Positions 1 to 14,089 of a stretch of 64,000 bases of DNA are shown here, in pieces. The notes beneath the pieces were generated by a model that did no database searches, was not told where the DNA came from, and saw nothing but the letters and a program-made list of their open reading frames with translations. The stretch comes from Octopus vulgaris (lineage: Eukaryota). A program made the translations under genes and the position numbers. The DNA lies in NCBI GenBank assembly GCA_951406725.2, contig OX597834.1, forward strand, positions 12,462,001-12,526,000. The letters run 5' to 3'. The first letter of the stretch is position 1; every line of letters starts with the position of its first letter.

Positions 1-343
1 TCACAGCGCAAATTTTCCATTTGATTTAATGACTACACTGACATATGCGTGCAGGGAAACAAAATTAGGAATCACAAAAGAGAATTTAGTAAGATTTCCT
101 GGAAGGGTGCAAGAAACCTCGTCCTTTTTTCCTTTTTCAATTAACGTATTCGAAACAGAAGTAAAGAAACACTGAATAACGTATGATGTTTGGCAAGGCC
201 ACAATGTAGCTAATTTATCATATTTCCTAAAGAAATTTGAATCGCGAATTGGTTCCATTTAGAAATATTTTCGAACGTATATTAAGTTATCTAATAAGAT
301 ATATGTTAGCAAGTTTATGAGCCTAGGTTTAAGGATTAGCTTT

Positions 344-390
<47 letters not shown>

Positions 391-397
391 ATACGCA

Positions 398-437
<40 letters not shown>

Positions 438-469
438 CATGCGTATACACACATACATATATACACTCT

Positions 470-850
470 ATATTTACCTTTTATGTTTTAGCTGATTTAA
501 CTGGGTGGCGGGTATGCTGGGGAAGCGAGTTAAAGTCTTTAATCGCGTAAGTTGTTTCCATTACTTATGTTTGATTCGATTACTCGAGGTAAGGATTTCT
601 TTTTGCGGAACAGCTAGGGACGTAAATATTTCAACGTCGCTTGTCAAACGGTAATGAGGGCAAAGACACACACACACACATATATACATATACGATGGAT
701 TTCCCAAAGGTTTCTCTCAAAGAAATTCACTCAGAGAGCATCTATCGACTCGGTGCTATAGCAGATTTCGTTTGCCCAAGATCTTGCGCAACGGCACTGA
801 ACCCAGACATACGTATTTGCAATGCAGGCTCCTTAACCACACATCAATGC
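470..850 (-). mobile_element. Highly decayed copy of tRNA-derived SINE family A
   Basis: Degenerate matches to family A motifs (ttttgcggaacagct, ttgtcaaacg, ttgcccaagatc, actgaaccc) in the expected order around a (CA)/(TA) tract. Confidence 0.55.
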
Positions 851-1019
851 CTGCATCCTTCAACGAAATATTTTGCACAAAACAACGACATCATTGTGTC
901 CACAGCAAACAAACCTATTCGAAGTTTGTGTTTGATAAAAACTGTACAATCAAAAACGGGTTGCATTGTTTGTGTATATCCCCCAATGGAAAGTAAAGCG
1001 TCAATGGTTAACGCAATAA

Positions 1020-1572
1020 CCTTTCTACTGGAAACACAGGGCCTGAAATTTGGAGGAAATTTGCTTAACTGGTACCTATGTTATCGACCCCAAAAGGATA
1101 AAAGGTGAAGTCGACCTTGGCGGAATTTGAACTCAAAACGTAACGGCAGACGAAATACCTATTTCTTTACTACCCACAAGGGGCTAAACACAGAGGAGAC
1201 AGACAAGGACAGACAAACGGATTAAGTCGAATACATCGACCCAGTGCGTAACTGGTACTCATTTAATCGACCCCAAAAGGATGAAAGGCAAAGTCGACCT
1301 CGGCGAAATTTGAACTCAGAACATAAAGGCAGACGAAATACCTATTTCCTTACTACCCACAAGGGGCTAAACACAGAGGAGACAGACGAGGACAGACAAA
1401 CGGATTAAGTCGATTATATCGACCCCAGTGCGTAACTGGTACTTAATTTATCGATCCCGAAAGGATGAAAGGCAAAGTCGACCTCGGCGGAATTTGAACT
1501 CAGATCGTAGCGGCAGACGAAATACCGCTAAGCATTTCGCCCGGCGTGCTAACGATTCTGCCAGCTCACCAC
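1020..1572 (-). mobile_element. SINE family B, tandem array of about 3 units plus head
   Basis: cgaaatac recurs at 1151, 1334 and 1518 (183-184 bp period); head gcatttcgcccggcgtgctaacgattctgccagctcacc at ~1531-1570; B-box-like gagttcaaattc on the minus strand. Confidence 0.85.
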
Positions 1573-2239
1573 GTAAATGGTTAGCGTAATAACGGTGACA
1601 ATTTAAATGCGGTTTCACGGTCTACGGATGATGTTCAATACCCGAAGAAGAAAGCAAGACGTAACAGCATTGACATTTTAAATGCGGCCTCAAGTTCTAT
1701 GGACGTTATTTTTCTATGCTCCAAATAGAAAGCAAACCGTTGAAGGTTAACGTAATAACATCGACAATTAAAATACGGTTCCAAGTTTAAAAGTGACGCT
1801 GTCTTGAACAGGGGAAGACCACATCCGGTGAAACGCGAGCAAATAATTTTCCCGCTTCAGAGAGAGAGAGAGAGTAAAAACAACAAAAAACGAATCTGAA
1901 GTACATTGCTTGTAATTAATGACTTAACATAGTGCATTGCTGTCGTACTAAGCGCTGTTGCTATTTCTTGTGAAGTGTAAATATATATACAACGTTAGTT
2001 TGTGTAACATGAAAAAGGTTTTCTAACGGGAGTTTCCAGTATATATTACAATAAATAAATGTTTTCTCTATTTATTTATATAAAACACATCAATCAAATT
2101 CATAAATGCAAAAAATACACGAATACATGTAAACGAAGGCAAGCATCCAACAAACACAGACACGCGCATGGACGTACGCATATACACGGGTATGGTCATA
2201 TTACCTCTCAGACACTTTGCTACACACCTACAGGATATA

Positions 2240-2244
2240 CATGG

Positions 2245-2286
<42 letters not shown>

Positions 2287-2843
2287 AGGTTGGTATTTAA
2301 GTGTTCATGCGTGTGAGTGTATGTATATAGATGTAATTTTATATATATATACATATGTACATACATATCTTCAAATACATATATATACATATATATATAT
2401 ATATATACATATATATACATACATACATATCTTCAAATACATATATATACATATATATATATATATACATATATATACATACACATATATATATATATTA
2501 TATATATGCATATAAATATATACACGTAACTATACATACATATAAATATATTAAATATATAACATAAATGTATATATACGTATGTATATATATGCATATA
2601 TATATATACATATATATATACATATATAAATACACGTACATATAAATATGTCAAATATATATCATAAATGTATATATACATTTATTCATATATATACATA
2701 TATACATGTGTATGTGTGTAAATATATGTGTGTATATATACATTTATATATATGTACATATATACATATATATGTGTGTATACATACATATATATTTATG
2801 GGTATATAGATGGGTATATATATATATACATATATAAAAGTGC

Positions 2844-2874
<31 letters not shown>

Positions 2875-3055
2875 CATATATACATGTGTATGTGTGTAAA
2901 TATATGTGTGTATATATACATTTATATATATATACATATATACATATATATGTGTGTATACATACATATATATTTATGGGTATATAGATGGGTATATATA
3001 TATATACATATATAAAAGTGCATATATATATATATATATTTATATATATATTTAC
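2240..3055. repeat. Compound (TA)/(CA)/(TG) microsatellite with an internal ~178-bp duplication
   Basis: tacatgtgtatgtgtgtaaatatatgtg ... gggtatatagatgggt ... aaaagtgcat occurs twice, starting near 2703 and 2881. Confidence 0.85.
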
Positions 3056-3633
3056 GCATGCACACTTACAGGAATGGAAGGAAGAGACTGAAGAGTAAGA
3101 TATACGGGGATGTGAGGCAGACAGCGACAGGATGGAAGACGTTAAAGGGACACGGAGGTAAAATGGTGGCGGATGTAAAAGGAAGTTCTCTGTAAAATGA
3201 CGTTAATGTTTACATACAGTTACCGGAAGTTAAAGATGAAAGAAGCTTGAGGAAAAATAAACACTGTGAAATGATATGTTTGAAGGATATTCAATACAAT
3301 GAAATATATATATTCATACAAGCTACACCTGTGATGTGTAGAATTAATTATAAGCCTTGAATATATTGCAGACAATTATTACTCATAAAAGACACAACCA
3401 TGCCTCATACAGAACATGCGCACACATCAGTAAGTAAATACATCTTAAATGTCTACATATGTAGTTATGTAATTGTCTATGTGTATACATGTGTGTGTGT
3501 GTGTGTTTGTGCGTATACTTATATATATTCTTTCTATAAATATAAGACGTCCACAAATGAAGACGTATATATACTGCGAGATCGTATACGCACAACACGT
3601 ACGTGCACAGACAGACAGACCAAACTCATATAA

Positions 3634-3689
<56 letters not shown>

Positions 3690-3691
<2 letters not shown>

Positions 3692-4092
3692 TTTACGCTT
3701 TTACTCTTTTACTTGCATCAGTTATTTGACTGTGGCCATGCTGGAGCACCGCCTTTAGTCGAGTAAACCGACCCCAATACTTATTCTTTGGAAGCCTAGT
3801 ACTTATTCTATCGGTCCCTTTTGCCGAGCCGCTAAGTGCCGGGGATGTAAACACACCAGCATCGGTTGTCAAGCGATGGTGGGGAGATTAACACAGACAC
3901 ACAAACATATACGCACATATATCTACACATATATACAACGGGCTCCTTTCAGTTTTCATCTACCAAATCCACTCAAAAGGTTTTGGTCGGCCTGAGGCTA
4001 TAGTAGGAGACACTTGCCGAAGGGGCTACGCAGTGGGACTGAACCCGGAACCATGTGGTTCGTAAGCAAGCTACTTACCACACAGCCACTCC
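3690..4092 (-). mobile_element. tRNA-derived SINE family A, near full length
   Basis: Minus strand reads ggagtggctgtgtggtaag (A box) ... ggttcagtccc (B box) ... internal TA/TG tract ... (gtaaaaga)n tail. Confidence 0.9.
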
Positions 4093-4869
4093 AAATACAT
4101 AATACATAATAATAATAATAATATATATATATATTTATATATATATGTTATCCATTAAGAAGCACACACACATACGCATACTTAGTACAGTCTACAATAT
4201 TTACAATACAATATAAACCCAGTATGACAAAAATAATGGTACTAAAATTAATGATGATGATAATAATAACAATAGTATTAATAATAATAAAAATAATAAT
4301 TATTATTATTATAAATATAATCATAATTATAATAATGTGCTTGGGTGTGTATGTGTGTAAGTCAGATCGTTACATGTCTAAGCTGAGCGAGTATATATAC
4401 ATGCGTTCGTTAATCACGTTTTGTTGTGAACTCGCCATTTTAAACAAATGAAACACAACAGCCTATCAATTGTTTGTTAATTAAATTGTCGGTGTGTTTA
4501 CCACCGAAGCACTAATTGCTCTCACGTGATTTTATTGATTCATATTTTCAATTTTTTTTTGCAATATATATATATATGCATATATAATTTTATAATACAT
4601 TATAAAATATCTTATGCTATGTCATGTTATGTATTTTGAAAATTGAGCGTGATTGGTTTGTTTCCGCGTTTGAATTACTTGATTAATGCCTTTTATTTCG
4701 CTGTAGAATTAGAGATGATCTATGGCATACATGATAGATGACTATACACTAGTTGAGTCCGAGGTATTTCAAATTCATTATGGAAGCACGTAATTTCGAA
4801 GTTACGCCTACCAATACATTCGTTCTTTCCCCACAGTAGTTTTGGTATTCGTATGTTAAGTATTCCGTT

Positions 4870-5105
4870 CTGATCTAGGCACAAGGCCCGAAATTTTTCG
4901 GAAGGAGGCCAGTCTATGAGATCGACGCCAGCACGCAACTGGTGCTTAACTTATCGACCCCGAAAGGATGAAAGGCAATGTCGATGGTGGTAGAATTTGA
5001 ACTCGGAGCACAAAGACAGACGAAATGCCACAAGGCATTTCGTCCGGCATGCTAACGTCTTTTATTTCTTTACTGCCCATAAGGGGCTACACACAGAGGG
5101 GACCA
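4870..5105 (-). mobile_element. SINE family B copy with tail
   Basis: aggcacaaggcccgaaattt tail, atcgaccccgaaaggatgaaaggc core, gcatttcgtccggcatgctaacg head. Confidence 0.8.
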
Positions 5106-5526
5106 GGCTACAGATCACGTGGTAAACGAATACATAGGTGTAATGTAGAGTACTATGCAGTTGAAAGCCAACACACCCAATCATTGGATTATATTTCATG
5201 AGGAGTATATATAATATAAAGGAAGTTATGAGGTATGAGATGAATACCTTTATTTCAGCAGTCGTTATCCACAATATAACGATAATTTAACTGATATTAA
5301 TTAAACAGAAACCAGTGGGTAGATGTAGTGAGAGTGGAGATAGGTTATAAAATGATAAAAAGGGTGTCAGGTACATTATCGTTTATAAACTAGTGGAAGC
5401 ATAGAGTAAGTTATTATACACTAATATGAATTATATTTTTATGATTTTGGCGAAACGATCGTCAAATTATTAAATCAAGTGGCGAAATAAAAATATTCCT
5501 TTCCCACTTACACTCGTCATATTATA

Positions 5527-5725
5527 TACGTGGTCTGATCAAAAAGTATCTGGACTGTTGCCATAGTAACGCAGCTAAAGTACATAGAGGGAAGACGCAT
5601 GGCAAAGATGGACCTTGAAATCAGTTGTACATGCGACTGAGATGTAACGTTCTAGCTCACTTCCGCTGTTTACAGCAGTGCTTCTAAGGAACGTGTGTAT
5701 CGTGTGATCATCGCATTGACTATTT
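5527..5725 (+). mobile_element. Left end of a mariner-like DNA transposon (TIR plus 5' UTR)
   Basis: TA followed by cgtggtctgatcaaaaagtatctggactg, resembling mariner TIRs; no transposase follows. Confidence 0.5.
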
Positions 5726-5791
5726 CAGACTTAAGCAGAGAAAACACACCCACGCATACATATATGTATATGTGTATGTATATATATATAT

Positions 5792-5822
<31 letters not shown>

Positions 5823-6394
5823 CATATACATATACATATATATACACACACACACACACATATATATATACATACATATACATATTTATATATATATACA
5901 TGTATATATATACAAATGTACATTTACATATTTTATACATATATATACATGTATATATATACATATATATATACATATGTACTTTAGATATTTTATAAAT
6001 ATACATATATATATATATGTGCTTTAGATATTTTATATATAGACATATATATACATGTATATATATATATATATACACATATATATATACATAGATACAT
6101 ATTTATACACACACATTTATACATTCATATAAAAAAAAACATACGTAATGGTCATTACATAATACTGTATTATATTGCAGACAAATTTTCTACAACACAG
6201 TAACGTATAGTGGATATAACCGTTGATGTACAATATAGAATGGTGATGAACTATAACCTCAGCCCGTCCCACAAGAGTACCGGGAGTTCTTTACTCATAT
6301 GAACAATATTGTTAGCCTAGCGTACTAACCAGAAAGCTTATAAAGTATTTTACCTGGATTGATAATCCCTCACCAATACAACAGTTATACACAG

Positions 6395-6428
<34 letters not shown>

Positions 6429-6435
6429 ATATATT

Positions 6436-6646
6436 TTCTCTTTCTCTTTTACTTGTTTCAGTCATTTGACTGCGGCCATGCTGGAGCATCACCTTTAATC
6501 GAGCAAATCTACCCCGGGACTTATTCTTTTTGTAAGCCCAGTACTTATTCTATCGGTCTCTTTTGCCGAACCGCTAAGTAACGGGGACATAAACACACCA
6601 GCATCGGTTGTCAAGCAATGCTAGGGGGACAAACACAGACACACAA

Positions 6647-6699
<53 letters not shown>

Positions 6700-6856
6700 T
6701 ACGACAGGCTTCTTTCAGTTTCCGTCTACCAAATCCACTCACAAGGCATTTGTCGGCCCGGGGCTATAGCAGAAGACACTTGCCCAAGATGCCACGTAGT
6801 GGGACTGAACTCGCAACCATGTGGTTGGTTAGCAAGCTACTTACCACACAGCCACT

Positions 6857-6858
<2 letters not shown>
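6436..6858 (-). mobile_element. SINE family A, near full length
   Basis: Colinear with other family A copies; internal (TA)n tract. Confidence 0.9.
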
Positions 6859-6921
<63 letters not shown>

Positions 6922-7437
6922 GTTGTGTGTGATATCATTTACGTTCTGAGAATAGAAGACTATGGATATTGCGACATAAATATAGCAACGAATTCGGTTG
7001 TGTCTGTGAAGAGTTTTTACCTTTCCGAGAATCAGTCAAGTGGTGAGGAAGATTTCCGATTCTTTTTCCATTTTTGTTTTACATTTTCCAATTTTCCTTT
7101 TTCACTTATTTTATTTTATTTATATATTCTTCTGTTTTTTTTGTTGTAAATGTTGTCTTCGATAGTCTCGTCTGCAGTTGACGCTAGAATTTTTCATTGT
7201 AAATTTCTAGTTTTATTGCTTTTATGTATCGTCATTGATCTGATGCTGCTAAAATCAGACCTTGTTCTTTTTTTGCTTTTTTTTTTTATTCGGTTTATTC
7301 CAAAGAATTCCTGTCTTTGTTGGTTTTCCTGTTAACTGACTTTCTCTCTTTTACTCAGTTGCAGGTTACCGACTGCAAAGTCTTCTCCAAATTCTTTCTT
7401 TCATCCTACAGTATTTTTCTTTTTCCTTCCTTTATAC

Positions 7438-7627
7438 GCACACACACACATAATGTACACACACACAATGTACACACACACACACATAATGTACACACAC
7501 ACACACACACAATGTACACACACACACACACATGTGTACACACACACACACACACATAATGTACACACACACACACACACATAATGTACACACACACACA
7601 CACATAATGTACACACACACACACAAT

Positions 7628-7693
<66 letters not shown>

Positions 7694-7726
7694 TACACAC
7701 ACACACACTGTACACACACACACAAT

Positions 7727-7803
<77 letters not shown>
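7438..7803. repeat. Higher-order microsatellite, unit aatgta(ca)n, followed by (TA)n
   Basis: aatgta/ctgta interruptions recur between (CA)n runs. Confidence 0.9.
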
Positions 7804-7805
<2 letters not shown>

Positions 7806-7818
7806 CATATACTCTATC

Positions 7819-8025
7819 TCTCTTTTTATTCTTTTACTTGTTTCAGTCATTTGACTGCGGCCATGCTGGAGAACCGCCTTTTAGTCGAGCAAATCGACCC
7901 CAGGTCTTATTCTTTGTAAGCCTTGTACTTATTCTATCGGTCTCTTTTTGCCGAACCGCTAGGTTACGGAGACGTAAACACACCAGCATCGGTTGTCAAG
8001 CGATGTTGGCGGGGACAAACACACA

Positions 8026-8060
<35 letters not shown>

Positions 8061-8222
8061 ACGGGCTTCTTTTCAGTTTCCGTCTACCAAATCCACTCAC
8101 AAGACTTTGGTCGGCCCGAAGCTATAGTAGAAGACAGTTGCCCATGGTGCCACGCAGTGGGACTGAACCCGGAACCCTGTGGCTGGTAAGCAAGCTACTT
8201 ACCACACAGCCACTCCTGCGCC
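7819..8222 (-). mobile_element. SINE family A, full length
   Basis: Starts ggcgcaggagtggctgtgtggtaag on the minus strand and ends in the gtaaaaga tail. Confidence 0.9.
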
Positions 8223-8277
8223 TATATGCCTTTTTATATACATACGCATAAATACATATGTGTGTGTGTGTGTGTGT

Positions 8278-8895
8278 GTAAATGTCTTACCCAAAAGTAA
8301 CCGGAATTTTGCAATATTATTTCCTTCACTTAGTTTTCATGTGTATACTTTTATTGCCTTTAAAATATTCTCCATTTGAAGCAATGCATGAATCCAGACA
8401 CGTTTTCTGCCGTTGGAAATAGTGCTGGAACTCTTGCGAAATAATACCTTTTAACGCCTTCGTCTTTTTTCCTTCCCCTCTTCCATATTTGAAAATTTCA
8501 TAGCATCAGGTGTCGTCCGCAGTGCGAGGTCGACTTTGCCTTTCATCCTTTCAGGGTCGATTAAATAAGTACTAGTTACACACTGGGGTCGATATAATCG
8601 ACTTAATCCGTTTGTCTGTCCTTGTTTGTCCTCTCTGTATTTAGCCCCATGTGGGTAGTACAGAAATAGACATAAAAAAAAGAAAAGAAAAACAGAGGTC
8701 CGGATTAAACTCCACTCGTTGTCTCAGTCCATGACACTTATTCAGTCGTGACTGCTTTTAATCTCCCGTGAGCAAACGAGGCACACATTTTACTGTAGCT
8801 CTTTTCATTCGTAATTCCTCGCTCAAAATTTGTTAGCAGGAACTCCAGGACGCACCAATCACATCAACTAATTTGTCAAATTTTTTTGACCATCT
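8278..8895 (-). pseudogene. Decayed, internally deleted mariner transposase with right end, interrupted by SINE B
   Basis: Minus-strand translations GASWSSC*QILSEELRMKRATVKCVPRLLT (the WVPHEL/FVPRLL linker region, ~8770-8860) and KALKGIISQEFQHYFQRQKTCLDSCIASNGEYFKGNK (C-terminus, ~8350-8460); TIR-like ccaaaagtaaccggaattt near 8291. Confidence 0.75.
8525..8670 (+). mobile_element. SINE family B fragment nested in the mariner relic
   Basis: gaggtcgactttgcctttcatcctttcagggtcgatt ... gggtagtacagaaata. Confidence 0.85.
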
Positions 8896-8931
8896 ACATG
8901 TGACGGATATTTGTTCTCATCTTCTTTCTTG

Positions 8932-8980
8932 TTAGCACAACGTTTCGGCTGATAAACCCTTCGGCATTCATCAGGTGTCT
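8932..8980 (-). ncRNA. Decayed minimal type I hammerhead ribozyme
   Basis: Minus strand AGACAC CTGATGA A TGCCG...TCAGCC GAAA CGTT GTGCT; core intact, palindromic AACGTT stem III, stem II closing pair mismatched. Confidence 0.55.
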
Positions 8981-9079
8981 TGGAGAAATTTCGAACCTTG
9001 GTTCTCATTCCTAAGGTATTTTTCGATGTTAAGTGGTTAAAGAGCGCGGGCTACTAACACATTCATTTCATCCATTTAT

Positions 9080-9109
<30 letters not shown>

Positions 9110-9111
<2 letters not shown>

Positions 9112-9250
9112 GGTTCGTGTGCAGCGGCTGTACCAAGGACTGCCACTCTAGAATTGGACTGTGCAGTCACAGCAGACGTTGCACATCATCAAAGTAGGCC
9201 CCACCCTTGGCGCAACCCATTGTCTATCAAGACAGACGGGGAATAAGAAG
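9110..9250 (+). mobile_element. 3' end of an RTE-clade LINE
   Basis: Translates GFVCSGCTKDCHSRIGLCSHSRRC, the C-terminal zinc-finger-like motif of RTE ORFs, then stop and short 3' UTR. Confidence 0.75.
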
Positions 9251-9780
9251 ATACATGCAGGCATTCATAGATACATACATACATACCTACATACGTGGGA
9301 GAGCACTCGAAATCTGTCTGGCGCCCAGGTGTTTGCGACTGAAGAGGAACAAACTAGGTCGAAACCTCATCGGTCGCGACATCTCGTCATCTACTGCAGG
9401 ATGAGATCGTCATCACTGCAGTTCATCCCTTTCGGGAGTCGATAACCCGAACACCAGTTGAGCATTCGGTTCGGCGTCATCGACTAACTCTCACCCACAC
9501 CCAAACCTACCGAACTGATTAATTCTATAACGACATCGCGATATGTGACGACTGAATTCCTGCTACCTCCATAATTAAATCTGGTGAGACGAATAGATGG
9601 CATGAATGGAAGAGAATCGTAAACAAATGACACCGCTACACACACACACAAACACGTATATATCATTGAAAGAGAATATTATAATCAAATAACAAAGATA
9701 CAATCTAAACCATTATTTCTATCTTTACATGTAATATAATAGAACATCATAACTAATTTAAATACCGTTACGCTTGGTTC

Positions 9781-9851
<71 letters not shown>

Positions 9852-10216
9852 ATATACACAGATGACGGGAGAGAGCGAGGGCTGGAGAATAATTAGAGTT
9901 GCATGTAACTGTATGAGAATGTTTGTCGTCATAGATTTCCAAATAGTCTACATTTGAATAAGGTCAATCTTCACGAATTTCTCATCAGAATATCACCACC
10001 ACCACCACCACCACCACCACAAACAACAACAATACTACCAACGTCATTAACATTATCAACTTCATCACTATAAGCAGCAACAGTAGTAGTAGTAGTAGTA
10101 ATAGTAGTAGCAGTAGTAGTGATAGTAGTAGTAGCAGTAACAGAAGCAGTAACAACAGCGTTCATAACCGGTTTATTATAAATCTTGGATTTCGAAGCAA
10201 GAAAGATTCTACGTAG

Positions 10217-10247
<31 letters not shown>

Positions 10248-10329
10248 AAGGAACACATTCGCGTGAAGAATCCGCCGCCCACTCATTATACACCCGGCAG
10301 CATATGACATAAACGAACAATTACTAAAG

Positions 10330-10791
10330 TGATATATATGTGCACGCACAAACACGCATATAAATATATATACACACATATACATATATGTATATATCTA
10401 CATATATGCATGCATATATATATATATCTACATATATGCATGCATATATATATATATCTACATATATGCATGCATATATATATATATCTACATATATGCA
10501 TGCATATATATATATATATATATATATCTACATATATGCATGCATATATATATATATATATATATCTACATATATGCATGCATATATATATATATCTACA
10601 TATATGCATGCATATATATATATCTACATATATGCATGCATATATATATATATCTACATATATGCATGCATATATATATATATCTACATATATGCATGCA
10701 TATATATATATATATATACATATATGCATATGTACATATATGTATATACGCATACATGTATGTGTATTTATATGTAAATATACAAGAAATA

Positions 10792-10830
<39 letters not shown>

Positions 10831-10882
10831 TGTATATATATATATCTACATATATGTATATATATATATCTACATATATGCA

Positions 10883-10921
<39 letters not shown>

Positions 10922-11081
10922 CAAAAACATATACATACATGTATATATGCATACATGTATGTGTATTTATATGTAAATATACAAGTAGTATATATATATA
11001 TATATAAATATATAAAAACATACGTACATGTATATATGCATACATGTATGTGTATTTATATGTAAATATACAAGAAAAGTA

Positions 11082-11131
<50 letters not shown>

Positions 11132-11172
11132 AAGGTAGCGTATACGTACACACACACACACACACATACGCA
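10330..11172. repeat. Higher-order microsatellite, unit tctacatatatgcatgca(ta)n
   Basis: About ten successive units at 10395-10720 plus longer duplicated blocks. Confidence 0.9.
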
Positions 11173-11407
11173 CGTTGAACAGTAATAATAACTTAAGAAC
11201 GTTCTGAATACATCTTTGGTTAAGTATGCAAAAAGTAAACTATACAGAATGCCAATGGCTTTCTATATTGTGTTATAATACGATAGCACACAACCAGATT
11301 ATTACAGAATTGATACTGCCGTGTAAGCAAACTCTGAAAATTCTCTTAAAACCTATCTTTTTAGTGAAGCCACATCGAAATCTATTTAGTCATATTATAT
11401 ATTCATG

Positions 11408-12205
<798 letters not shown>

Positions 12206-12409
12206 AGCATGTATCTATGTATTCGTTTATGAATTTATTTATTTATACATCATTATATGTGCTTCTATAATAGTTTGCTTGCTTGTTTGTTTGTTTTATA
12301 GCAGAATGGAGGATTAGTGAAATTTCTAGGTTTTCTTCTCTGCGCGAAGCTTCAATAAAAGCAGCGAAGAGATAGCAAGCTGTAATTCGCGTTAATCTCC
12401 TCATTCAAC

Positions 12410-12850
12410 CATCATCGTCGTCGTTGTGGTCCTGTTTTTACATCCTCTGCCTTCTCGTTCTTCCCTCCTCTCTTCTATGCTCCGCCTCCTCCTTCCATTC
12501 TTCATCCTCTTCATCATCATCATGATCATTTGGATGAGCAAATGCAGTTTCCTTCGCTGCTTTCCTCATCGTTCCCAAATACACCTGTCCTCAATGTTTA
12601 CCTCCGTTTTTTTTTCCACCTGTTCATTATCATCGTCAGCGTCATCGCCACAATCCTCATCATCATCATCATCATAATCACCAACATCCTGCCATCAATA
12701 TCCTCGTCGTGGTCGCATTCACCGTCGTCACCAGCGGAAACACCGGCATCTCTGTTGAGCTCGGTTTTAATGGCCGTTGTGGTCGTCATCAGCCTCCTAC
12801 TCCACCTCTGCCCCCTTCTCCTCCACATCATCCCTTTCGCAGTCATTGAT
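12410..12850. repeat. Degenerate (CAT/CCT/CGT)n low-complexity tract
   Basis: Repeated tcatcatc / tcgtcg / cctcct triplets. Confidence 0.7.
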
Positions 12851-13149
12851 ATCTATTTCTTTACTTTTTCTCTTCGTCGTTCTCATCGGTTATTTTGCAA
12901 TTAAAGTGATTTTGTATCCTCCTAAGAAATTATATTACCAAAGTTGGTAACAGTTTAAAGCCTTTATTTTGTCAATCCCCCTTTTGAGAAACAAAGCAAA
13001 GTCCTTCTCAAAATCGCTTCCGAAATTTCGTTCTGGTAAATGTAGTACACTTAGGTAAATGTGCAATTAGATATTCTATAGTTGATAATAAAATGAAGAA
13101 ATCTGCCGGACTGGGCATGTATGGAAAGGCCTTGATCAACGCTCTTTTA

Positions 13150-13675
13150 AATGAGTAGTTAACTATTCAGATTCAACATGGAGGCCTATTCAGATTCAAC
13201 ATGTTGAGGAGGTAGTGCTGCCGTAAGTCAAGCGGTTGGCTGCTGGAAGGCCCCAAGCCTGGCAGCAAAACCCTGCACCATGCCACACATACAAGACAAA
13301 CCAGGAATGAATGGTGATAAGTTTTCATGATCATATAATCCCTAACATTTGGCCTCTTAATTCCCCAGATCTCAATCCATTGGACATGTGGAGGATTGTT
13401 AAGGGAGAGGCCAATGAACACTCCCATAAAGTAAAATTTTTTTTGAAAGCTGATATATTCAGAGCAATGTCCAAAATAAACTAGGACCACTTGATTCGAG
13501 CATGTAGCCGATTTAGATCTCATACAAAAGCGGCAGTTGAAGCTGTAGGTGGCTTTATTAAATAACATTATAGAAAAGGTTTATTTTTATCCTCATAGCT
13601 TTTTTTTTTTGATAAATAAAGTTATTATATATCTGTTTTTCTATAAACATAAAACCGTCTTCAAATATCTTACGC

Positions 13676-13680
<5 letters not shown>
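13150..13680 (+). pseudogene. Decayed DD37D (maT-family Tc1/mariner) transposase, C-terminal half and right end
   Basis: From 13260: WQQNPAPCHTYKTNQE*MVISFHDHIIPNIWPLNSPDLNPLD, with 37 residues between the QQ(D>N) and final D positions; later HLIRACSRFRSHTKAAVEAVGGFIK*. Confidence 0.8.
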
Positions 13681-13725
<45 letters not shown>

Positions 13726-13819
13726 CGTTAATCCAAACAAGAAAACAAAAAAACAGCAACGCAAGGACGTGGAACAAATAAAGTATTATTGGACGCTCAG
13801 GAAAGAAGGGAAGAAGGAG

Positions 13820-13857
13820 GGTTTGCCGTTTCGAGCGGAGCTCTTCGTCGGAAACAT
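13820..13857 (-). ncRNA. Decayed hammerhead ribozyme (CCGACGA core variant)
   Basis: Minus strand GTTT CCGACGA A GAGC-TCC-GCTC GAAA CGGC AAAC; stems I and II pair, the cleavage triplet is broken. Confidence 0.5.
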
Positions 13858-13932
13858 AGAAGGAAAGATCCCGAGAAGGGACGACAGGGGAAAAAATCGC
13901 TAGTGATACAGCGAGGTCACATACTAAAATGC

Positions 13933-13976
<44 letters not shown>

Positions 13977-13980
13977 GCAT

Positions 13981-14055
<75 letters not shown>

Positions 14056-14056
14056 T

Positions 14057-14089
<33 letters not shown>

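Noticed and set aside
1-258. 85-aa minus-strand ORF at the window edge
   Set aside because: No recognisable domain or splice support.
1020-1572. Regularly spaced repeats resembling a CRISPR array
   Set aside because: Whole ~184-bp units repeat with no unique spacers; eukaryotic SINE context, no cas genes.
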